Positions 30,356-38,988 of a stretch of DNA of 64,000 bases are shown here, in pieces. The stretch covers positions 1,218 through 65,217 of the forward strand of contig JAQURD010000008.1 of the NCBI GenBank assembly GCA_028749115.1, written 5' to 3'. Each line of letters opens with the position of its first letter. Within the stretch, counting starts at the first letter, position 1. Under the pieces are notes generated by a model, which did no database searches, was not told the DNA's origin, and was given only the letters and a program-made list of their open reading frames with translations. Origin of the DNA: Acidobacteriota bacterium (GTDB taxonomy: Bacteria; Acidobacteriota; Aminicenantia; Aminicenantales; Saccharicenantaceae). Both the position numbers and the translations under genes were made by a program.

Positions 30356-32665
30356 TTAGATTGAAACAAATTTTTTCATAAAGTTGACGGCCCGATCGCT
30401 ACGGCGGAAAACAGGCAGGCCGTTTTTCTCCAGGTATTCAGCCAGTGGATCAAACAGCTGGCCGGCATCAATATTCACGATCATGGGTTTATCAGTCTTC
30501 TTAAAAGCTCTGACGAGATAGCCAGCCAGGCTGTTTTCAGCATAAATATTTTCGTGGTGAACTTCACCGGGCGGCAAAGTCTGAAGAGCGGCTGTCACGG
30601 GCACAATGGAGATAACTGCACAATCAATTCCCTCGTCTTCCAGCAGGGCTTCCACACAGGCCCCGAAGGCTGCATCATCAGCCATCGGCGTGACATCAAG
30701 CGGATTATGAACATCCTGCAACCGGTCAATGCCAAGAGGAGCTAAAGCCCTGTTAATTCTCTCGATAGTTGGCGGAGAAAATTCGCCCAGAATAAGTCTT
30801 TCCTTTTCCCCTCTTAGATTGTCAGCCATAATGACTGACTCAAACCCGGCATTGGAGACCAGAGCCACCCGGTTGCCTTTGACTTTTTTCCCGGAGAGGT
30901 AGGCCAGGCCTTTGATGATGCTCTCGAATTCTTCAATAGTTTCAGTGACAATAAGCCCGGCTCTTGACATCAGGCTTGAAGCCACAGCATAGTCGCCGGC
31001 TACCGAAGCTGTATGACTGGAGGTAGCTTTGCGTCCTTCCGGACTGCGCCCGGCTTTATAGACAACTATTTTCTGGCCAGCCTGAATTGATTTTTTGGCC
31101 GCCTGCAGAACATTCAATCCATCTCCAGGCTGCAGCCCCTCGAGATAAACAGCCTGAATCTTAACCTCTGGCCGGTCCTTTAGATACTGCAGATAATCAC
31201 CGGCCGTCAGATCAAGCTGATTGCCGATGGAAATGGCATAAACCGGTTCAATTCGTCCTTCATTGCTCATCCTGGACAGCATAAAGGCTCCACTCTGAGT
31301 GACAATGGCCAGACCGGCTTTAATTCCAGCTGGCCTTCTTAACTTGTAATCTGGAATGAAGATACTGTCATACTTACCAGGAGCAGAGATAACCCCTAAA
31401 CAATTGCCGCCATTGACTACCGGTACAATCTTACCTTCCCGCCTTTTTTCTTTTAAGAGGTGTCTTAAACTGGCTTCCAGGTCTTCAGTCCCGGCTTTTT
31501 CACCTAACCCGCCAGCAATAACAATGACGGAATAAGCTTTTTCCAGCTCAATCAATTCTTTCATCATTGGATAAACCTGCTCAGCCCCTAAGGAGTGAAT
31601 AAAAAGGTCAACAGTGACCGGCAGCTCAGCAACACCTGGAACACAGCGGCAGCCTTCTATTGATTGAACACCAGGTTTAACCACATAGATTTTTTCAGCC
31701 GGAAAACCATTTTTAAGTAAATTATTTAAAATAATATGGCCGGTATTCATTTTTTCTGAAACGCCAATCAGGCCAATAGTTTCGGGCTCGAGGAGTTTTT
31801 TTATCTGGGCAGTTGGCCTGGCTGATATCTCAGTCTTTCGCCGTGAAAAACGGCACAGTCCATCCAGCGGAACCAGCTGGCCGGCGCTCATCACCAGCGG
31901 ATTGACTTCAAGTTCTTCAATGGTATAGGTCTCTTTCTGATTAAAAAGAGAAAAATCCCGGCCGATAGACTGGAAAATTTCAACAGCCTGAATGAGCTTC
32001 TCTGGCTGAATCAATGCCTTTCGACCGCGGAACTCCGCCGCTATTTTCCCATAAATAGCTGTTTCTTCCAGCGCCGCTTTTATTGCTCGCGACGGCAGCT
32101 GATAGGAAGGCAAAATGGCCAGGCTGTGGCCAGGTTTTATATGGACATTGAGATATTCGACATCCAGGCCTCCACCGCCAAAGGTCACCACCGGGCCAAA
32201 ATCATTCGTGGTTCTCAGCCCCAACAGAATTTCTGAACCAAATCCGACCTGAAGATAATCAACCAGCTCAACAATCAAAAAACCCTTAATTGAAACTTCG
32301 ACTTCAGCCGGAGTAACTTTCTTACTGCCACCAAGCTGTGAGGCCGCCGCCCTTACCCGCTGCTTCATGTTTTTTATAGCCAGCTCAACTTCCCGGAGAG
32401 AATTTTTGGCAATGGCCACGCCGCCCACCTCAGATTTGTGCTGAATAAGAGGTGAAACAATTTTAACCACGACTTTAGGTGTCCTGATCTTTTTCAGTTG
32501 CTCAGCCTGAAGTTTCTTCCCAGCTGGCAGAAAAAGATGAACAGGCACCTTGAAGCCGAATAATCTTAAAAGTACATAAACCTCGGGTTCAAGCAGAAAG
32601 CAGCGTCCATCAGCCTCAGCTTTTTTAAAAATATTCCTGGCTTTGTCTAAGTTATTCTTTTCCAT
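30356..32665 (-). CDS. ADP-forming acetate/acyl-CoA ligase, beta-alpha domain order
   Basis: N-terminal ATP-grasp (KIVSP..QHKSEVGGV), then CoA-binding domain, QSGA and catalytic SSHTA. Confidence 0.88.
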   Translation of the reverse strand: MEKNNLDKARNIFKKAEADGRCFLLEPEVYVLLRLFGFKVPVHLFLPAGKKLQAEQLKKIRTPKVVVKIVSPLIQHKSEVGGVAIAKNSLREVELAIKNMKQRVRAAASQLGGSKKVTPAEVEVSIKGFLIVELVDYLQVGFGSEILLGLRTTNDFGPVVTFGGGGLDVEYLNVHIKPGHSLAILPSYQLPSRAIKAALEETAIYGKIAAEFRGRKALIQPEKLIQAVEIFQSIGRDFSLFNQKETYTIEELEVNPLVMSAGQLVPLDGLCRFSRRKTEISARPTAQIKKLLEPETIGLIGVSEKMNTGHIILNNLLKNGFPAEKIYVVKPGVQSIEGCRCVPGVAELPVTVDLFIHSLGAEQVYPMMKELIELEKAYSVIVIAGGLGEKAGTEDLEASLRHLLKEKRREGKIVPVVNGGNCLGVISAPGKYDSIFIPDYKLRRPAGIKAGLAIVTQSGAFMLSRMSNEGRIEPVYAISIGNQLDLTAGDYLQYLKDRPEVKIQAVYLEGLQPGDGLNVLQAAKKSIQAGQKIVVYKAGRSPEGRKATSSHTASVAGDYAVASSLMSRAGLIVTETIEEFESIIKGLAYLSGKKVKGNRVALVSNAGFESVIMADNLRGEKERLILGEFSPPTIERINRALAPLGIDRLQDVHNPLDVTPMADDAAFGACVEALLEDEGIDCAVISIVPVTAALQTLPPGEVHHENIYAENSLAGYLVRAFKKTDKPMIVNIDAGQLFDPLAEYLEKNGLPVFRRSDRAVNFMKKFVSI

Positions 32666-32725
32666 ATTAACTTACCTCATTTCTTACCGTTCATCTGATG
32701 ATAAAAGCCTCAAAAAGCTTACTGC

Positions 32726-33301
32726 TCACTTCTTAGCCGCCTGACGGCCAAGTTCAAAAGCTTTAAGATTAGTTTCAACTACCTTTTCACCTTTTGATTT
32801 AAACAGGATTTTTATGAATTTTTTCAAATTATCTTCTTGGAGAGGAAGATAAAGGGAGGCTGCTCCCAGCATGACCATATTTTCCGCCCGCAGGCTGCCA
32901 GCCTCTTTAGCCAGCTTATCCGCCTCCACCAGAACGCTGGCAGGCCCATTTGCTATTTCCCGGTAAACATCTTCAACTGGCGTGTAGTCCGGAATATTGA
33001 CAAAAGGGCTACGGCTTGAAATCACCACTCCCTGAGGCTTCAGGTAAGAAAAATAGCGCAGAGCTTCCAGTGGTTCGACACTTAGAATCAAATCAGCTTC
33101 TCCCTGTGGGATAAGCGGGCTGTAAACTTGTGTGTCTGACAGCCGCAGGTGGGATTGAACTGCTCCCCCCCGCTGGGACATGCCATGAACTTCAGCCTGC
33201 AGGAAATAAAGCCCTTCAGCCAGGGCCGCCTGATCAATGACAAAAGCAATAGACAGAATTCCCTGTCCGCCAACTCCAGCCAGAATAACGTTATAGGTCA
33301 T
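32726..33301 (-). CDS. iorB: Indolepyruvate ferredoxin oxidoreductase beta subunit
   Basis: GVGGQG, EVHGMSQRGGAV. Confidence 0.93.
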   Translation of the reverse strand: MTYNVILAGVGGQGILSIAFVIDQAALAEGLYFLQAEVHGMSQRGGAVQSHLRLSDTQVYSPLIPQGEADLILSVEPLEALRYFSYLKPQGVVISSRSPFVNIPDYTPVEDVYREIANGPASVLVEADKLAKEAGSLRAENMVMLGAASLYLPLQEDNLKKFIKILFKSKGEKVVETNLKAFELGRQAAKK

Positions 33302-33303
33302 CC

Positions 33304-34902
33304 TTAGCTCCTTTTCTTATCACCGAGAATCTGGATGCACTCACGTCGGGCAATGATGACAGAAAGGCCGTGATAAGCAAGTTCCTCTCTGATGATCCCC
33401 GTATTGAGCTGATGATTTTTGGGTAAAGGTATAATGACTCGAAGATGATCTTTATTTATCCCCAAACCGATCAGCAGCCGATCCAGTGGTTCACCTGTGC
33501 CAAAACTGGGCTGAGCTCCCGTCATGGCGACTGTCCCGTTATCCAGAATAATAACCGTCATATCCGTATTTGAATAAACTGCATCGAAAAGAGGAGTCAG
33601 TCCGGAGTGGGCAAAAGTAGAATCGCCAATGACTGCGACTGATGGATAAACACCGGCTTCCGCTCCTCCTTTAGCCATGGAGACACTGGCGCCCATGCAG
33701 ACGCAGGTTTGAATAGCTTTATAGGGAGGGAGAGCGCCCAGAGTATAACAGCCAATATCAGAAAAAACATTAGCCCGGTCATAGCCCTGAAGGGCTTCAT
33801 TTAGTGCTTTATAGGTATCCCCGTGCGGACATCCCGGACAGAGCTGCGGCGGCCGGGCAGGCAGCCGGAAGTCACCTGTACTCAAGCCAGTCTTAACGGG
33901 CAAATCAAGAGCCTTAGCTACTATCTCCGGTGTTAATTCACCTGAAGCCGGGATGGTGCCATCCATTTTTCCCCTAATGACTTTCCCTGGAAGGCCAGCA
34001 ACTCCGCGAATAAACCGTTCAATAAATGGATAGCCTTCCTCAATGACTGTCAACTCATCTATCTGTTCAATCAGCTTTAGAAGTTTCTGTTCTGGAAAAG
34101 GATAAGTGGCAATCTTAAGAAAGGCAGGCTTTAAAGCCAGCCTGTTATAGAACTCTCTAAAATAATTATAAGCCAGACCGGTGACGACAACACCAGAACG
34201 ACTCCCCTTCTCTCCTGGAGACAATTCATTAAACAGACAATTCTCAGCATAGTTTTTCAGATCTTTCTGCCTTCCGAGCAGCTCTTGATAACGGCGGCGG
34301 GCGTTGGCTGGGAGGAGAGTCCAGTCCGGACCATAGCCGTATTTAGGATTCTGGTTTTTGCCTCTTGGTTCTCTAACCGCCACCGGCGCCCGGCTATGAG
34401 CCAGCCTGGTCACCAGTCTGATCATAACCGGCAGGCCAAATTTTTCCGACAGATCAAAGGCTTCTCTGGTGAGATCATAAGCTTCCTGGTGATTAGCCGG
34501 CTCAAGGCACAAAATCCGGGCAAAATCGCCATAATAGCGGCTGTCCTGTTCATTCTGAGAAGAGTGAAAGCCGGGGTCATCAGCCGAAACTACCACCAGC
34601 CCGCCGTTAGCGCCAGTAATGGCCGCATTCATAAAGGGATCAGCGGCGACATTCAAGCCAACATGTTTGAATGAGACCATGGCTCTCTGACCGGCAAAGG
34701 AAGCACCCAGAGCTTCTTCCATAGCCACTTTTTCATTGACACACCATTTGGCCACATATTTTTCCCCATTGCCAGGCTGCCTGATAAGAAATTCCATAAT
34801 CTCTGAAGCCGGGGTTCCAGGATATGAATAAGCAGCAGCCAGCCCGGAATGGATGGCGGCCAGAGCTACGGCCTCATCGCCAAGAAGGATAATTTTGTCC
34901 AT
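33304..34902 (-). CDS. iorA: Indolepyruvate ferredoxin oxidoreductase alpha subunit (no C-terminal ferredoxin domain)
   Basis: YPGTPASE, NEKVAME, CPGCPH, DIGCY, GDSTF. Confidence 0.93.
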   Translation of the reverse strand: MDKIILLGDEAVALAAIHSGLAAAYSYPGTPASEIMEFLIRQPGNGEKYVAKWCVNEKVAMEEALGASFAGQRAMVSFKHVGLNVAADPFMNAAITGANGGLVVVSADDPGFHSSQNEQDSRYYGDFARILCLEPANHQEAYDLTREAFDLSEKFGLPVMIRLVTRLAHSRAPVAVREPRGKNQNPKYGYGPDWTLLPANARRRYQELLGRQKDLKNYAENCLFNELSPGEKGSRSGVVVTGLAYNYFREFYNRLALKPAFLKIATYPFPEQKLLKLIEQIDELTVIEEGYPFIERFIRGVAGLPGKVIRGKMDGTIPASGELTPEIVAKALDLPVKTGLSTGDFRLPARPPQLCPGCPHGDTYKALNEALQGYDRANVFSDIGCYTLGALPPYKAIQTCVCMGASVSMAKGGAEAGVYPSVAVIGDSTFAHSGLTPLFDAVYSNTDMTVIILDNGTVAMTGAQPSFGTGEPLDRLLIGLGINKDHLRVIIPLPKNHQLNTGIIREELAYHGLSVIIARRECIQILGDKKRS

Positions 34903-35095
34903 TGACCTTTCCTTTGTTTTTATTACCTTTGAATTAAATCAAAATTTAAATTAGCTTAAAGGATACAATTTAAATCTTTCCACTGTCAAGGAAATTTCAT
35001 TTGTTAAATTACTATAATTCCTATAAAATTATGTTATATTAAGGTCAGCCCTGAGGTTAAACCGGCAGGCAGAATGACTGGACTGGAGGCATCAC

Positions 35096-35545
35096 ATGTT
35101 TAGAATTTCGACTAAAGGCCGTTACGGCACCAGACTGATGCTTAACCTGGCCCTGAATTATTGCTACGGTCAGAAAGCCCGCTCGTTGAAAGAAGTGGCA
35201 GAAGAGGAGGATATTTCCATCAGGTATCTTGAACAGATTATCATCCCTCTTCGTGTTCACCACCTGGTAAAAAGTATCCGGGGAGCAGGAGGGGGCTATA
35301 CCTTAACCAGATCACCCGCCAGTATTACCCTGAGTCAGGTTCTGCTGGCCGTCGAAGGTAATTGCTGTTTGACTGATTGCCTGGAAGAAGGCAGCCAGTG
35401 TCAGAGGATGGCCCATTGTACCGCCTATGAGATCTGGAAAGAGGCCACCCGTATCATGAAGGAATATTTCGATTCAGTCAGCCTTGAAGATATGGTGAAA
35501 ATGGCCCAGAAAAAGAGCAAACGAAAGGCAAGGAAACTAAAATAG
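35096..35545 (+). CDS. Rrf2 family regulator with candidate Fe-S Cys ligands
   Basis: ISTKGRYG, RGAGGGY, CCxxxCxxxxxxCxxxxHC. Confidence 0.92.
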   Translation: MFRISTKGRYGTRLMLNLALNYCYGQKARSLKEVAEEEDISIRYLEQIIIPLRVHHLVKSIRGAGGGYTLTRSPASITLSQVLLAVEGNCCLTDCLEEGSQCQRMAHCTAYEIWKEATRIMKEYFDSVSLEDMVKMAQKKSKRKARKLK

Positions 35546-35577
35546 CCGCTCAAATTAAAACAAATGGCAGATTTCAT

Positions 35578-36945
35578 TTGATAAGATTCTTATCATCGCT
35601 CAGGCTGGCAATTATTCTTCTCATCTTGATTATTATTCTATCAATCATAGGAACTCTTTTACCACAGGGAGAAACGCCTGGTTTCTACCAGAACTATTTT
35701 CCCCACTGGTCAGGAGTCATCTCAGGCTTGCAGTTTGATCATCTTTACCGTTCGCCGCTTTTTCTAAGCCTGGCCTTCCTTTTTCTGCTGAATATCATTT
35801 TTTGTTCAATCAAACAATTACCACTGAAGTTTAAACAGTTAAAGGGTCAGATTGAATTTTTACCAGCCGGGGGTCAGCCAGTCAATCATAAAAAGCTGGC
35901 TGCCGGTTTTTCTGACTGGTTATGGCTTTTGCCTAACTCCCTGGCAGAAGAATTAAGAAAAAGGCATTATCAGGTAAACATAAAAGAGTCCGGCGGCCGG
36001 AAAACCTTAGTCGCTCAAAAAGGCTGGCCAGGGCTCTTTGGTCCAGAGTTTGTCCATGCTGGTTTAATTATCATTATTATCGGTGGACTTATCTCTGCTT
36101 TCTTCAGCCAGAGAATTCCACTGGCCCTGACGGAAGGTCAGACAGTTGATCTCCCGGGAAAAAGTTTTTCTGTGCGCCTCGATAGATTCACCACTGATCA
36201 CTATCCAGACGGCTCAGTTAAAAACTGGAAGAGCCTGATTTCTATTATTGACCGCGGCCAGGTAAAGGAACAAAAAACCATAGAAGTCAACCGTCCGTTT
36301 AAGTATGACGGGCTGAACTTTTTCCAGATGAGCTACGGCTTCGACTGGGACAGGACAAAAGTTGAACTTGAAATAAAGGATAGAAGTGGAATGGTCAGAA
36401 ACCTGGGAGTTACCGTTGGCGAGAGAGTTCAGATAGAACCGGAAATCAACCTGCGCCTGTTAAATTTTATTCCCGATTTCGGCCTGGATGAAAAAGGCCA
36501 GCCGGTCGGCCGTTCGGCTGAAGCCAATAATCCGGCCGCTCTGATTCAAATCAGCAGGAATGGAATGCCAGTTTATCTGGGCTGGATTTTTTATGACCAC
36601 CCAGATCAAGCCCGTGCCTACCGCCAGTCAGATCTAAACCTGGAGATGAGCTTAAAAAAATTTGAAGCTCCATTATTTTCTGGCCTGGAAGCCGCCAGTG
36701 ATCCCGGTATGAATCCTGTCTGGCTGGGATCGGCCGTTCTTTTTCTCGGCCTTCTGGCCTCTTTTTATTTTAATTTTTGCCAATTGGCCGTTAGAGTTGA
36801 GCCGTCAGAAAGACCGCTATTTTTGGCCAGTAGCCGCCACCATCAGACTGGCTTTTACCAGGAACTGGAAAGGCTGCTGGAGTCAAGACCAGCCATAGCC
36901 AAGAATTCAGCCAGAAAAAAAGGGAGGGAGACGCCTGATGAATGA
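35578..36945 (+). CDS. Cytochrome c biogenesis protein ResB/Ccs1 (system II)
   Basis: SIIGTLLPQ, LFDHLYRSP-like motif, VHAGL, EVNRPF, DPG before the C-terminal TM. Confidence 0.88.
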   Translation: MIRFLSSLRLAIILLILIIILSIIGTLLPQGETPGFYQNYFPHWSGVISGLQFDHLYRSPLFLSLAFLFLLNIIFCSIKQLPLKFKQLKGQIEFLPAGGQPVNHKKLAAGFSDWLWLLPNSLAEELRKRHYQVNIKESGGRKTLVAQKGWPGLFGPEFVHAGLIIIIIGGLISAFFSQRIPLALTEGQTVDLPGKSFSVRLDRFTTDHYPDGSVKNWKSLISIIDRGQVKEQKTIEVNRPFKYDGLNFFQMSYGFDWDRTKVELEIKDRSGMVRNLGVTVGERVQIEPEINLRLLNFIPDFGLDEKGQPVGRSAEANNPAALIQISRNGMPVYLGWIFYDHPDQARAYRQSDLNLEMSLKKFEAPLFSGLEAASDPGMNPVWLGSAVLFLGLLASFYFNFCQLAVRVEPSERPLFLASSRHHQTGFYQELERLLESRPAIAKNSARKKGRETPDE

Positions 36946-37750
36946 ATCTGCTCTGCAGCTTGCTTCTTTTATTATCTATTTTCTGGTTATGCTATCAGGC
37001 TTCGCTTCCTTTTTCGGCTCTAAAAATAAATGGCCAGTAATTTCTTATTATCTGGCTATAAGCGGCTTTATTATCCAATCAGCCAGCTTACTGGTTAGAA
37101 CCCTGGTCAGCGGCCATGCCCCTTTTACCAATATGTATGAATCCATAAACTTCCTGACCTGGTCGTGCGTGCTGGTTATTATCATCTTTGAACGGAAATT
37201 CAAACTGGACAAAGCCTGGCCATACTTCTGGCTGATTATTGTTGCCTTGATGGCCCTGGTTTCCTCGCCGGTTTTACCGAAAAATATAACCCCTCTCGTC
37301 CCTGCCCTGCAAAGCTACTGGCTCTGGTTGCACGTCTCAGTTACTCTTCTCGGTGAGGCTTTTCTGGCTGTGGCTTTTGTGGCCAGCATTCTTTATCTCA
37401 CCACCGGTCATGGATCATCCAGAAAAACAGAAAATGAGAAAAAGAAGAATAAATATGACTTCATCGCCTATCGGGCAGTGGCGGCTGGTTTTCCCTTATT
37501 TACCCTTGGTGCTCTGGTTTTTGGTATGATCTGGGCCAGCCGGGCGTGGGGGCGTTACTGGGGCTGGGATCCAAAAGAAGTCTGGTCTCTTATTACCTGG
37601 CTTTTTTATGCTCTTTATCTTCATACAAGGCTGGTCAGTGGCTGGAAAGGGAAAAAATCCGCCCTTATCGCCATTATTGGTTTTCTGGCCGCTCTTTTCA
37701 CCTTTTTTGGTGTTAATTACCTGATTTCCGGCCTTCACACTTATGTTTAA
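36938..37750 (+). CDS. ccsA: Cytochrome c biogenesis protein CcsA/ResC (system II)
   Basis: GHAPFTNMYE, WLWLHV, WWD domain WGRYWGWDPKEVW, SGLHTY. Confidence 0.93.
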   Translation: MNESALQLASFIIYFLVMLSGFASFFGSKNKWPVISYYLAISGFIIQSASLLVRTLVSGHAPFTNMYESINFLTWSCVLVIIIFERKFKLDKAWPYFWLIIVALMALVSSPVLPKNITPLVPALQSYWLWLHVSVTLLGEAFLAVAFVASILYLTTGHGSSRKTENEKKKNKYDFIAYRAVAAGFPLFTLGALVFGMIWASRAWGRYWGWDPKEVWSLITWLFYALYLHTRLVSGWKGKKSALIAIIGFLAALFTFFGVNYLISGLHTYV

Positions 37751-37805
37751 GCGTCTACCAGCAGCCACAGCAATCATAATATAAGTAATGAGTAATGCAA
37801 ACGTC

Positions 37806-38687
37806 CTAAGGAAGCGTTCTTTCTGCCGCTTCTATCGTATTCATCATCAGCATGGTGACAGTCATCGGGCCAACCCCGCCTGGAACGGGAGTAATAGCGG
37901 CTGCCTTTTCCTTGATAGCTTCAAAATCGCAATCTCCAACCAGTCTGAAGCCCTTGGCAGCAGATGAATCTGGCACCCGGTTGACGCCAACGTCGATGAC
38001 CACGCAGCCTTCCCTCACCATATCAGCTATGATCGTTTTGGGGGCACCCATAGCCGCAATGAGAATATCAGCCTGAAGTGTATATTTTTTTATGTCTTTA
38101 GTTCCTGTATGACAGATAGTCACGGTGGCATTGGCCCCTGGCTTTTTCTGCATCAGCAGAGCAGCCAGCGGCTTGCCGACAATGTTGCTTCTCCCGCAAA
38201 TAACGACATGCTGCCCTTCAGGACTAAAGCCACTCCGGACGAGCATCTGTTGAATTCCATAAGGAGTACAGGGCAGAGGGCAGGGCTCACCCCGGAGAAG
38301 CTTGCCAACGTTGACCGGATGAAAGCCATCCACATCTTTTTCGGGAGAAATAAAATTTATCACCTTGTCTGGATTGACCCATTTAGGCAAAGGTAATTGC
38401 ACCAGCACTCCATGAAAGCGTTTATCCTGATTGAGGCCTGCCACATTTTTTAATATTTCTTCTTCAGCGGCGTCACCGGGAAGCCGAACAGTTTCTTCAA
38501 AGATACCTATTTCTTCCGCAGCTTTGGCCTTGGCAGTGACATAAGAGACCGAAGCCGGATCCTCACCAACAAGGATCACGCCCAGGCCAGCGACCAATCC
38601 CCTGTCTTTAAGCTTTTGAGCTCTCAGTTTTAGTTCTTCTCTGATAGCTCCCGCCACTTCTTTTCCAGATATTATCTTTGCCGGCAT
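37806..38687 (-). CDS. folD: Methylenetetrahydrofolate dehydrogenase/cyclohydrolase
   Basis: KDVDGFHP, PCTP, GRSNIVGKP, TPVPGGVGPMT. Confidence 0.97.
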   Translation of the reverse strand: MPAKIISGKEVAGAIREELKLRAQKLKDRGLVAGLGVILVGEDPASVSYVTAKAKAAEEIGIFEETVRLPGDAAEEEILKNVAGLNQDKRFHGVLVQLPLPKWVNPDKVINFISPEKDVDGFHPVNVGKLLRGEPCPLPCTPYGIQQMLVRSGFSPEGQHVVICGRSNIVGKPLAALLMQKKPGANATVTICHTGTKDIKKYTLQADILIAAMGAPKTIIADMVREGCVVIDVGVNRVPDSSAAKGFRLVGDCDFEAIKEKAAAITPVPGGVGPMTVTMLMMNTIEAAERTLP

Positions 38688-38849
38688 TTCTTTCTCCTTT
38701 TTAGATACTAACTAACGATTATATTAAAGTTAACTGAAAAACCAGTCGGGGTCAACTGACGCTTTTAGCCTGACAAAAAAACCAGCTGAAAGCTGTTAAA
38801 CCTGGCTTGTTCGCTCAATTCCGAATTTATCTGCCCGCAGAACCAGTCG

Positions 38850-38954
38850 TCAGTTATTGCGCCGATTCTTCTTCCTTCCTTGGCCAAGAAAATAATAGTT
38901 AACAAAAAAAATCAAAACCAGGCCAGCGGCCGTTATTGCGATTTTAATCATCAT
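38850..38954 (-). CDS. 34-aa single-TM micro-protein downstream of copA
   Basis: MMIKIAITAAGLVLIFFVNYYFLGQGRKKNRRNN*; GAGG SD; one hydrophobic helix with a basic tail; 34 nt after the copA stop. Confidence 0.6.
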   Translation of the reverse strand: MMIKIAITAAGLVLIFFVNYYFLGQGRKKNRRNN

Positions 38955-38988
38955 CGTTAGTGCCTCTTATTTTTCTGTTTCTTCCATA

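Noticed and set aside
35005-35040. Possible Rrf2 operator upstream of the regulator
   Set aside because: Only a half-palindrome in very AT-rich sequence.
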